Shown: positions 20,321 to 28,880 of the stretch, one piece after another | Layout: each line of letters begins with the position of its first letter | Numbering within the stretch: position 1 is the stretch's first letter | Source of the DNA: Pseudomonadota bacterium | GTDB lineage: Bacteria > Bdellovibrionota > Bdellovibrionia > Bdellovibrionales > Bdellovibrionaceae | Reading direction: 5' to 3' | Length of the DNA: 64,000 nt | Assembly: GCA_041178425.1 (NCBI GenBank) | Contig: JBEGVH010000009.1 | Location: forward strand, 128,001 to 192,000 | Made by a program: the position numbers and the translations under genes | Notes under the pieces: generated by a model | What the model was told of the DNA's origin: nothing | Databases searched by the model: none | Seen by the model: the letters and a program-made list of their open reading frames with translations, nothing else

Positions 20321-21025
20321 TTAAGGATTATTCTTGTAAATCACCTCAGCATCGAGATCCTTCCACTTGCTTCCATCTTTTCGTTTTGGCGCAACTCGTC
20401 CAATCATACCCAACAATTCTTTACCGTCATTGCTAAATTTAAAAATAACTGGATCTACAAGGGCAGCGATCACAAAACTGGTTGGCTTGAACTTCAACAA
20501 GACAACATCTCTTCCATCGAGTTTTTCTTGCCCCACTTTGAAAAGAGAAAATCCTACCGTCTCCTGCCGATCCCAAACACCAAAACGAATATCAACAGTC
20601 TCGCCGGCCACAATTTTTTGCCATTGGGTGGCAACGTAGGGCGCGAGCGTGTGCCCGACCACGAAGTTTTCGGGAAACGTCTCTGTAGCTGCTTCTTTTT
20701 TGCTACCGTTGTCTTCAAAATTAAAGATCACTTTGCTTCCATCAACAACAATAGACCCTTTTCGACCCGTCTGGCGATGAGTAACGTCGTACCGTTTTAA
20801 CTTTGCCCCCTGACGCTCAGACGACTCTTCTACAGCCACTTGGCCACTTAAGTCGGAAAAATGAGCCGAAGCTTTCGTAACGCCAGACGAATCAGAAATT
20901 TCATTCTTAAAGTTATAAAGTAACTCTTTTCTATTTGAATCCTTTTTAAAGACTTGGCCGATCACCGTTTCGGCGTGAACCTGATTTGCAAGAGCAAAAA
21001 TAAAAATAACAGACATTAACTTCAT
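20321..21025 (-). CDS. Secreted beta-rich hypothetical protein
   Basis: Signal peptide MKLMSVIFIFALANQVHA; RBS GGAGG before ATG 21025. Confidence 0.75.
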   Translation of the reverse strand: MKLMSVIFIFALANQVHAETVIGQVFKKDSNRKELLYNFKNEISDSSGVTKASAHFSDLSGQVAVEESSERQGAKLKRYDVTHRQTGRKGSIVVDGSKVIFNFEDNGSKKEAATETFPENFVVGHTLAPYVATQWQKIVAGETVDIRFGVWDRQETVGFSLFKVGQEKLDGRDVVLLKFKPTSFVIAALVDPVIFKFSNDGKELLGMIGRVAPKRKDGSKWKDLDAEVIYKNNP

Positions 21026-21086
21026 GTAGGTTTCCTCCACTCATTTACGATAAACAACCAAGGAGGAAATTCAACCTTCTTTTTAC

Positions 21087-21584
21087 CTAGTCGTCCACTC
21101 TTTGTGGAATCACTTTTTTAGTAAAATCGTCTAGCTGCCGACTTTGTTCAAGCTGCTGATCACGATGTTGATTCCAATTCACATGATCAGGAACATCAAC
21201 GGTCTCCGTTGGTGCCGAGATGACCATGGGGGCATGAGTCTTTAACTTAGGCCGCCCTCCTTTTTTTGATTTCCAAACTTTTTGGGCTCTCATTTCCTCT
21301 GATCTAGAATCTTCTATCTCGGCACTCAAGTCGGTGTTTGTGCGAGGTATCTCACTAACAGGAACAGGGCGACCGGCAATCTCTCGCACCCCTTTTGTTT
21401 TTACCGGTTTCAACCGAACTGACATTTCATTGGGAACAGACGAAGGCCGAGTAAGCTTTTTAAACTCGGTTCCACCACCCCGACTAATTGATGAGCGACT
21501 CTGGCGCTCAGTCGACGAGAGTCCTTTCGCCATAACATTTGCACTCAAAAACATAACAAAAGCTAGGTAGAAAGATCTAATCAC
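21087..21584 (-). CDS. Secreted basic, low-complexity hypothetical protein
   Basis: Signal peptide ending ANVMA; RBS-like AGGAG/GGAG upstream. Confidence 0.65.
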   Translation of the reverse strand: MIRSFYLAFVMFLSANVMAKGLSSTERQSRSSISRGGGTEFKKLTRPSSVPNEMSVRLKPVKTKGVREIAGRPVPVSEIPRTNTDLSAEIEDSRSEEMRAQKVWKSKKGGRPKLKTHAPMVISAPTETVDVPDHVNWNQHRDQQLEQSRQLDDFTKKVIPQRVDD

Positions 21585-21743
21585 TCCACTCTCCTGTTTC
21601 TCTTATAGTAACCAGACTTTGATTTAGTTTCCAGTTTGCTCGCTGCGCCACAAAATACTGGCGCAAACGAACAGATCTAAGTCCTTTAATGAAACGAACG
21701 CCATTGCCGGCCCCAAATAGTGCAGCACGCCAAATCCAAACAC

Positions 21744-21770
21744 TAAAGTTTTTAACTTTTCGTCCGAAAA
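21744..21770 (+). promoter_or_regulatory. Putative sigma-28 promoter of the MotB/MotA/FHA operon
   Basis: TAAAGTTT -35 (extended consensus), 15-nt spacer after TAAA, TCCGAAAA -10. Confidence 0.6.
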
Positions 21771-21789
21771 AGAGACTAAGGGAAAATAT

Positions 21790-23208
21790 ATGAGCTTAAA
21801 CTACCAGCATGAAAAAAAGAAACATCAGGAAAACTTTTGGACTTCCTATGCTGACCTATACAGTACCCTCTTTACTATCTTTCTTTTTATTTACGTTGCT
21901 TCGACCCTTAAGCAAGGCACTAGAACTCTCGAACAGGTTCAAGATAAAAAATATTTAGTAAATCAAATTGAAGATCTAAAGCAGCAATTAAAGGTCTACG
22001 AAGCACTCAAAGACAACTACATGAAAAAAGAAGCGTCAGGAGAAGAAAGCGCTCTTTACGATGAACTCATAGGCAAGCTGGATCTATTGCAAGAAGAGGC
22101 TAAAAACGAAAAAGAAGCCCTTCGTCGAAAAGCGATGGAAAACGAGCGCAAAGAAAAAGCACTCAATAAATATCAACAGCTCATTCGGAATATGATCAAC
22201 TCGAATGTCATCGCTAAAACAAAAATTCAATATCGCAATGAATTAATATCAGAAAAAGAGACTTTGATAGAAAAGCAAAACACAGAAATCGCCACCTTAG
22301 ACGCCGACGTTGCTGCTAAACGAACTGAACTAGCCAGCAAAGAGCAACAGCTCAACCAAGTAAGCGAAGAGCTACGGCAAAAAGAACTTAAACTCACTGA
22401 AGCCAAGGGGCAATACGACCTTTCTCTCGCGGACGCTCGTCAGAAATTTCAAAACGAACTTAATTCGGCTCAAAATAGTTTTAACGAAGCCATAAACAAA
22501 GAACGACTGTCTGGAGCTGAAAGGGCTGCAAGAGAAAAATCGTTCCGCGACCAGATGAGCGCAAGAGAGAAAGCCTACGAAGGACAATTGGCCGCTCTTA
22601 AATCGAAATACGATAGCACTCAAGGTGAACTCCGAAAAGCCATCGATCAGATTAACACCCGAAAGAAACTCACTGACCAGATCAAAAATCGATTTGCTAA
22701 AAATGGAATTCAGATTGAAATAGATGAAAAATCTGGCGAGGTCGTGCTCGACTTTAAAGATAGCTATTTCGAAACTGGCAAAGCTATTTTAAAGACCGAA
22801 ATGATTGAAAACCTCAGACGATTTATACCCCTGTACACAGATGGGCTTTTCGAAGACGATGCCACCGCTAATAAAATTGCTTCTGTTGAAATCATCGGCT
22901 TTGCCTCACCTACCTACAAGGGAAAATACGTAGATCCATCAAGCCTAGAGGCGTCTAACCGTGATGCCGTCAATTACAATCTCGATTTAAGTTATGCGAG
23001 AGCCAAGGCTATATTTACGTATGTTGCCAATACCGATAAATTGCAGTTCAAAAACCAACAGCGGTTCATGGGCTTGGTAAAAGTCACAGGACGAAGTTTT
23101 CTCGCTCAAAAAACAGATGTTAATGGAGCGGCAGTGGATGATTTTTGCAAGGTCAATGACTGCAAAAAAGAGCAAAAGGTAATTATTAAATTTAATTTAA
23201 AGGATTAA
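21790..23208 (+). CDS. MotB/ZorB-like protein: TM with conserved Asp, long periplasmic coiled coil, OmpA-like peptidoglycan-binding domain
   Basis: FWTSYADLYSTLFTIFLFIYV (Asp22); about 260-aa heptad-rich region; C-terminal FETGKAIL..IIGFAS..YNLDLSYARAKAI. Confidence 0.8.
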   Translation: MSLNYQHEKKKHQENFWTSYADLYSTLFTIFLFIYVASTLKQGTRTLEQVQDKKYLVNQIEDLKQQLKVYEALKDNYMKKEASGEESALYDELIGKLDLLQEEAKNEKEALRRKAMENERKEKALNKYQQLIRNMINSNVIAKTKIQYRNELISEKETLIEKQNTEIATLDADVAAKRTELASKEQQLNQVSEELRQKELKLTEAKGQYDLSLADARQKFQNELNSAQNSFNEAINKERLSGAERAAREKSFRDQMSAREKAYEGQLAALKSKYDSTQGELRKAIDQINTRKKLTDQIKNRFAKNGIQIEIDEKSGEVVLDFKDSYFETGKAILKTEMIENLRRFIPLYTDGLFEDDATANKIASVEIIGFASPTYKGKYVDPSSLEASNRDAVNYNLDLSYARAKAIFTYVANTDKLQFKNQQRFMGLVKVTGRSFLAQKTDVNGAAVDDFCKVNDCKKEQKVIIKFNLKD

Positions 23209-23229
23209 TTCTCAATTAGGAGGAAGAAA

Positions 23230-24183
23230 ATGACAGCTGGAGTTGGCGCGGTGACGCCGGAATTAAGTCTCCTCGATATTTTGTTTAAGCTGATGTCGAT
23301 GGGCCTAATGGGATTCATGCTCACTGTTTTTATTGTCGGAGCTATTGCTCGCATCCTCATTTTCTACACCGTTAAAAGACACGAATGGTTCACCATTGAA
23401 TTTCTAAAGCGAATTCGATCGGCGATGGATGCAAGAAAAGATGACACTCCTTTTGGGTCTTTCTATGGCAATACACGCAAACTCTTAGAGAGAACTTACT
23501 ATGAGGTTTTCAAAGTTCGCTCGGTGATGAAACGTCGCCGTCCCGATCTCCTTATGGATCCAATGGATCGTTGGTTCCTTATTAAACAAGGCAGTGCGTG
23601 GCTCATCCATGAAGTCTTGCGTAACATTCGTTTTTTAAGACCTGGGATGCATCCAAAAATGCATGAACTGACGAGATCAATTATTCAGGCGAACCCCGCA
23701 TACAACCGAATTTTTGGAATTTTTCCTGTGGGGACCCTTACTGAAGTTACCAATCTCCTGCCTGGCCTTTTTGTTATCGGAGGTATTTTGGGAACCTTCC
23801 TCGGAATCAAAAATGCACTCCCTGAATTAGCAGCCCTGGATCTCGAAAATCCTGACGCAACAAAAACAGCAATCGCAAGTTTTCTGACAGCAATTACCTT
23901 TAAGATGAACTCTTCGATCTTTGGTATTCTTTACTCCGTCGCTTTCTCATTATTGAATTCATGGCTCGCCCCCGAGCGCGTTTTTGTCAACACGGTTGAC
24001 CTCTTTGAAAGCGGTTTAGATACCATTTGGAATCTTTCTGATCACACCGTCGGTCATTCAGCTCAACCTGATTTTGATGAAAACAAAGATCCAATGGAAG
24101 CTCTGGCTTCTGAATTTTTGAGGGATGAAATCGATCGGCAATCGGGAATTTTAACAAATAGGGGCCTTAATAAAGCTTCTTAA
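23230..24183 (+). CDS. MotA/TolQ/ExbB/ZorA-like ion-channel subunit
   Basis: N-terminal TM, cytoplasmic domain, then LPGLFVIGGILGTFLGI and FKMNSSIFGILYS helices typical of the MotA/ExbB/ZorA family; RBS AGGAGG. Confidence 0.78.
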   Translation: MTAGVGAVTPELSLLDILFKLMSMGLMGFMLTVFIVGAIARILIFYTVKRHEWFTIEFLKRIRSAMDARKDDTPFGSFYGNTRKLLERTYYEVFKVRSVMKRRRPDLLMDPMDRWFLIKQGSAWLIHEVLRNIRFLRPGMHPKMHELTRSIIQANPAYNRIFGIFPVGTLTEVTNLLPGLFVIGGILGTFLGIKNALPELAALDLENPDATKTAIASFLTAITFKMNSSIFGILYSVAFSLLNSWLAPERVFVNTVDLFESGLDTIWNLSDHTVGHSAQPDFDENKDPMEALASEFLRDEIDRQSGILTNRGLNKAS

Positions 24184-24215
24184 GCGGAAGCAAAAATTAG
24201 GTTATTGAGGAATGT

Positions 24216-26813
24216 ATGTTTAAAAGAAATCCACAATTCATCGTATACCTTAACAGTGATGGCAACCTACCGCCAATTTCTATCCACGAAAAAAAATTCG
24301 TGATTGGCAGAAAGCCTACTCATCCGGTCTCAATTCCTGATGCCAGCATTAGTAGGGATCACTTGGAAGTCATCGTTCAAGATGGCCAAATTTATGTCAT
24401 GGATCTTGAAACCTCCAATGGCACAAGAGTTGATGGAATACTCATTCCCGGAAATATTCCCACCCCGTATAGACCGGGCCAGAGCCTCTATCTAGGACAC
24501 TCAAATGTCTCAATAACCATCGAACTTTTCGAGGACCAAAAAGGAAAAACTAAATCGGCCCCAACTACACCAAGGGTCGCGGTCACCAACACAAGCCAAA
24601 CATTTGCTCAAGAGAAAAAAATCTATTCTCCACAGCCGGCAATGGTCACTCACCATCACCACGAAGAGGATGATCAGTCTCCTTCTGTTGCTCAATCGTC
24701 GAAAAAACCCGATGTAATCAAACAAAACACAAGAGGAATACAAACGGTCCAAACATCTCAATCAGCCCATCGAAATATTCCTCATGCTCCAGCCAACGAA
24801 CCGTCGTCGGCAGCCCCTCATCACAACGAAGCGACGTCCCCCTTGGGTGCTCAGAAGCCCTCTCAAGAACTTAAATCACAGGAGCTACCTCCCAACGATC
24901 TAGAAGCGCTTAAGCAGTCGGTTGCCGTCCTCATGGTTCAAATCGATCACCTTAAGGCACAGGTCATCAAACATCAAACCGACAAGATCGCGACCGAAGC
25001 CCTCTACAAGCAAGAGAGCACGCGCCTCGAAAAAATTCAAGAAGAGCTCCGAAGCGAAGAACACAAACAAAGAACAATTCGCCAAGACCTTGAAATCAAA
25101 CAAAACTTACTAAAAGAAACTGAAGAAAAGCATAAAATGCTAGTTCTTTCGAATCAGTCGCTGGTTGAAGACACAAAAGCGGCTCTCGAAAAAGCACGCT
25201 CCCGCGAAGTAGAGTTGAATGTTCTCATTGAACAAGCACGGAAAGACCATCAAGAAGCCATTGACTTTGCAAAAAATCATAGAGCCGATGCCGAATCTTA
25301 TTCAACGCAGATGCGCACCGATGCCGAGCGCTATTCGAATCAGCTAAGAACAGAAGCTGAGGTTTATGCCAAAGACACTCGCGAAGAAGCCGAGAAGTAC
25401 TCTAAGAGTGTTCGAGATGAAGCTGAAACCTATTCGAAAACCACCAGAGAAGAGGCTGATGAATGGGCCACAAGACTTCGCAGTTCAACTGACGCTGAGG
25501 TTCGCAAAAAGATTGATTCTCTCCAAGAAGAAACCAACAAGATTTTTGCTGAACGTGAACAAACCTACTTAGAGCTCAAGGCGCGACAAGAGGCTCAGCT
25601 TGAGGATATTAAAAAAGCCGAATCCACAAAGATTAAGAACGTTCAAAATCTTGATGCTACATTTAAAAAACGCACCGAAGAGCTCGAAGAAACTTATCGC
25701 ACAAGAAAAGATCAAGTAGAACGGGATTTCTATGAAAAACGTGAGATCTTGGAGCGTGAACTCTCGCAACGACGCACAAGTATGGAACGGGAGCTACTCG
25801 AAAGACGTGAAGCACTTGAAAAAGAGGCCAACGATCGACGAAGCCAAATTGAGAGCGATGCTCAAGAACTTAGAAGCATTAGGGATCGCGAGTACAAAGA
25901 ACTGAAAACCCAACAGGATGCTTACTTGATTGATGTGAGAACACGAGAAGAAGACAGACTTAAAGGAATCGTTGACGAATCAAGAAAGGTCATTAAAGAG
26001 CAATTTAGTATTAAAAATGAAAACATCAACAAGGCTTTCAATGACTATTTTGAAGAACAAATTAAATTAGCCCCCACAGAGTCTCGAGAGCAGCTACCGA
26101 AACTCCAACAGGATTTGCAGAAAATTCTCCGCGAAGCTCTGACCGAGGAATTTAGCGGCGAAGACAAGCAAATTAAACAGTTGTTTGAGTATGATCCAAA
26201 ACATCAGAAAAAACATAAAACTTTCTGGAAGCGCTTTGCAGTAACCGCCGCCATTATCGTCACGGTGGGTGGCTACCTTGTCAATAATCCGAAACAGGTC
26301 ACTGAGAGCGCCATCACTTTTTCAGAAACGGTAAACACCATCGACCAGGAGAACAAAAAAGTACAAGCGGAGTACCTCAATAAAATTAAAGAGCAAAGTG
26401 TTTATCACCCCGACCAGACTCCTAGTTTTAAGGATACCTACACAGACAACGTTCTCTTCACCAGTCGCTACGTGGAGTTTGAAAATGATGAGCAGTACAA
26501 ATCCCAATGGATTGTGGCAATCAAAGAGTACCTTACTCAAGAAGCCAAGATTCAGGACGATAAAGCAGATGAGCTTATTTCTAAAGAAGGAGCGTTGATT
26601 AACTCGCTTTCTGGTGAAGTTGCCACCATCGATGCTCGACAAGCCGACAAAGGAATCGCTCGAATGCGCGAAATCGAAATACCTTTCATAGTTCTCTTGA
26701 CCCAATCAATGAACGATGAGATCAGAAAGGGCTATCAGGAGAAGAAACAAGCTTTTTATGAGCGCTTCATTAATGATCCCGCTAAATTTCGAGGTCCCGC
26801 CCAGAGCAAATAA
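24216..26813 (+). CDS. FHA-domain, long coiled-coil, single-TM membrane protein
   Basis: FHA motifs IGR, SISRDH, DLETSNGT; disordered linker; about 430-aa coiled coil; TM FAVTAAIIVTVGGYLV (about 26235-26282); helical C-terminal domain. Confidence 0.85.
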   Translation: MFKRNPQFIVYLNSDGNLPPISIHEKKFVIGRKPTHPVSIPDASISRDHLEVIVQDGQIYVMDLETSNGTRVDGILIPGNIPTPYRPGQSLYLGHSNVSITIELFEDQKGKTKSAPTTPRVAVTNTSQTFAQEKKIYSPQPAMVTHHHHEEDDQSPSVAQSSKKPDVIKQNTRGIQTVQTSQSAHRNIPHAPANEPSSAAPHHNEATSPLGAQKPSQELKSQELPPNDLEALKQSVAVLMVQIDHLKAQVIKHQTDKIATEALYKQESTRLEKIQEELRSEEHKQRTIRQDLEIKQNLLKETEEKHKMLVLSNQSLVEDTKAALEKARSREVELNVLIEQARKDHQEAIDFAKNHRADAESYSTQMRTDAERYSNQLRTEAEVYAKDTREEAEKYSKSVRDEAETYSKTTREEADEWATRLRSSTDAEVRKKIDSLQEETNKIFAEREQTYLELKARQEAQLEDIKKAESTKIKNVQNLDATFKKRTEELEETYRTRKDQVERDFYEKREILERELSQRRTSMERELLERREALEKEANDRRSQIESDAQELRSIRDREYKELKTQQDAYLIDVRTREEDRLKGIVDESRKVIKEQFSIKNENINKAFNDYFEEQIKLAPTESREQLPKLQQDLQKILREALTEEFSGEDKQIKQLFEYDPKHQKKHKTFWKRFAVTAAIIVTVGGYLVNNPKQVTESAITFSETVNTIDQENKKVQAEYLNKIKEQSVYHPDQTPSFKDTYTDNVLFTSRYVEFENDEQYKSQWIVAIKEYLTQEAKIQDDKADELISKEGALINSLSGEVATIDARQADKGIARMREIEIPFIVLLTQSMNDEIRKGYQEKKQAFYERFINDPAKFRGPAQSK
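25290..25487 (+). repeat. Six tandem 11-aa (33-bp) hendecad repeats in the FHA protein
   Basis: AESYSTQMRTD AERYSNQLRTE AEVYAKDTREE AEKYSKSVRDE AETYSKTTREE ADEWATRLRSS. Confidence 0.85.
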
Positions 26814-26846
26814 GGCCATGACCGCCATTGAATTAAAGGATAAAAA

Positions 26847-27824
26847 ATGAAGGCTTTTGATATCAGCAAAAGCCTTCTTGTTTCTTTTAGCCCTTTTGAA
26901 GGGCGATGTTTCTTTCTTAGCTTTGAGAATTACGAAGACGATTTGAAATCCGAGCTAAATCTAAATAAAAAGTGTAAAATCATCAAAACGATGGGTCGAC
27001 TTTTTCTTGTCGAAGGATGGATCCGCCCGGCACTATGGGCTCAATCCCATTGGCTTCATCCCGAAGTAACTAACATAGCTTCTATCGGCGAAGCTGCCAA
27101 ATTTTTGAAATCAACTTTTCCGCGCTGGTCGCTCTTTTCTGTTGATGCCCATCGGCGATCCCAGTTAATTTGGGAGAAGCTCCCTAGAGTCACCTCTCCA
27201 CAAATAGAGTTTTTGCAGGATTGGAATCGTAAAGATCATGGAGCCTGGACACTCGAAGATTCCAACACTCTCTGGTATAGCACCCACGTGATTCCTGCCC
27301 TTCCCATCGGAGAATTTAACTTTAAAGAGGATAAGGTGAACCCTCCATCGCGGGCCTACAATAAACTCTGGGAGCTATTCACCCTCCATGGATACAGACC
27401 AAACAAAGGGGAAAAGGTCCTCGATATGGGAAGTTGCCCCGGTGGTTGGACTTGGGTTCTTCAAGGAGTTGGTTGCCAAGTGATAAGCGTCGACAAAGCT
27501 CCAATCGATCCTAAAATCGAATCTCTTCCGCGAGTAAGGTACCTAAAAAGAGACGCTTTTGCCCTGGATCCAAAAGATGTCGGTCCGATTGACTGTTTTT
27601 TTTCAGACATTATTTGTTATCCAGAAAAGCTCCTAGAACTTGTTCAAAAATGGAGACTCTCTGGCTTCTGCCATCGGTTTGTCTGCACCATCAAATTCCG
27701 GGGAAAAACTGATTTCGAGACTCTGCAAAAATTTGCGGATATTCCAAGCTCCAAACTCATTCATCTCTCGGTCAACAAACACGAAGTCACTTGGATTTGT
27801 GGTTTTGACAATAAAGAAAACTAG
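26847..27824 (+). CDS. FtsJ/RlmM-like SAM-dependent RNA methyltransferase
   Basis: PSRAYNKLWE, LDMGSCPGGWT, SVDKA, SDII, K-D-K-E-type tetrad with HEVT. Confidence 0.85.
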   Translation: MKAFDISKSLLVSFSPFEGRCFFLSFENYEDDLKSELNLNKKCKIIKTMGRLFLVEGWIRPALWAQSHWLHPEVTNIASIGEAAKFLKSTFPRWSLFSVDAHRRSQLIWEKLPRVTSPQIEFLQDWNRKDHGAWTLEDSNTLWYSTHVIPALPIGEFNFKEDKVNPPSRAYNKLWELFTLHGYRPNKGEKVLDMGSCPGGWTWVLQGVGCQVISVDKAPIDPKIESLPRVRYLKRDAFALDPKDVGPIDCFFSDIICYPEKLLELVQKWRLSGFCHRFVCTIKFRGKTDFETLQKFADIPSSKLIHLSVNKHEVTWICGFDNKEN

Positions 27825-27940
27825 GCGGCTAGAATCCTTTTTTCTGCATCCAGACAAGCGATTTTATTTGAATTCTATCTCTAGAGATTGCTAGACCTGG
27901 AGTATGAGGAACTTTTAAAGAGTTCCGTTGGGGAGAAAAT

Positions 27941-28834
27941 ATGCTCAAAATAAAAACTACGTCTCTTATATTCGTCATCTTTTCGTTCTACGCTGCGACC
28001 TCGATATCGCAATCCTTATTTCAACCGAATGTGATTTTCGGCGACGATAATCGACAAGAGATGTATAGCACGTCACCCTTTTGGCAACAAATCGGCCAAG
28101 GAATTGCCGGCAAAGTGTCCAATGAACACATTCAAACCTCAGGGAGTGATTATACTCTGTCTGGAACGGAGCTTAACAGACGCGTCTGCCCCACAAATAA
28201 ATTTGCCGATCAAATCACGGTTCCAAGCTGCAGTGGCTTCCTTGCCACTCCAACACACCTCATCACGGCAGGCCACTGTATCAAGAGTCAGGCTGACTGC
28301 GATAACTATACATGGGTCTTTGGGTATCAGAAGCAAAACGAAACCGATAAACAGTACACTCAAATCAAACGCGATCAGGTTTACCGTTGTAAAAAAATCC
28401 AGAGTAGAAAGTTTGAAAATTTCGGTGCGACCGATTACGCTATTATCGAATTGGACCGCCCAGTAGAAAACCGCCAGCCCCTTCAGCTTGGTTTCGATAC
28501 GGTTCCTTACCCCGGCATGCAGGTGACTAGCATGGGTCATCCACTGGGATTACCCATGAAGTTTATTGATGGTGCATCCGTTATTCAACTCGTCGATAAC
28601 AATCTCACCATTGCCACCGACCTAGATGCTTTCCAAGGAAATTCAGGCTCGCCGGTGTTCGATGCTACCACGGGGGTCGTGATTGGTATCACCTCACATG
28701 GGCATGCAGATCACATTAGGGATCCCGAGAAAAACTGCAAGATCGTTCGTGTGTGTATGCCTGGCGATAACTGCCACTTATCAGCTAATTCGAGCATTAC
28801 TAATCTTAGTGGTGAAGATGTTTTAAAAAAGTAA
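27941..28834 (+). CDS. Secreted trypsin-like S1 serine protease
   Basis: Signal peptide; VIFGDDNR; TAGHC, DYAIIEL, GNSGSPV triad. Confidence 0.93.
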   Translation: MLKIKTTSLIFVIFSFYAATSISQSLFQPNVIFGDDNRQEMYSTSPFWQQIGQGIAGKVSNEHIQTSGSDYTLSGTELNRRVCPTNKFADQITVPSCSGFLATPTHLITAGHCIKSQADCDNYTWVFGYQKQNETDKQYTQIKRDQVYRCKKIQSRKFENFGATDYAIIELDRPVENRQPLQLGFDTVPYPGMQVTSMGHPLGLPMKFIDGASVIQLVDNNLTIATDLDAFQGNSGSPVFDATTGVVIGITSHGHADHIRDPEKNCKIVRVCMPGDNCHLSANSSITNLSGEDVLKK

Positions 28835-28844
28835 TCTCTACTTC

Positions 28845-28878
28845 AAAAGGGAACTCACAAGCCATCGAGTTCCCTTTT
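28845..28878. terminator. Bidirectional intrinsic terminator between convergent genes
   Basis: AAAAGGGAACTC-N10-GAGTTCCCTTTT perfect 12-bp inverted repeat. Confidence 0.85.
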
Positions 28879-28880
28879 AA

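Noticed and set aside
21630..21730. c-di-GMP-I riboswitch (GCGCAAA...ATCTAAG)
   Set aside because: The GGCAAACC-GAAA-GG P2 element is absent; only a short GCGCCA/TGGCGC hairpin is present
21790..24183. Ordinary flagellar stator motAB
   Set aside because: B precedes A, the A subunit appears to have only 3 TM segments, and the B subunit carries a very long coiled coil
21790..26813. Canonical Zorya anti-phage system
   Set aside because: No ZorC/ZorD/ZorE (helicase or nuclease) genes, the A subunit lacks the long tail, gene order is reversed and there is no defence-island context
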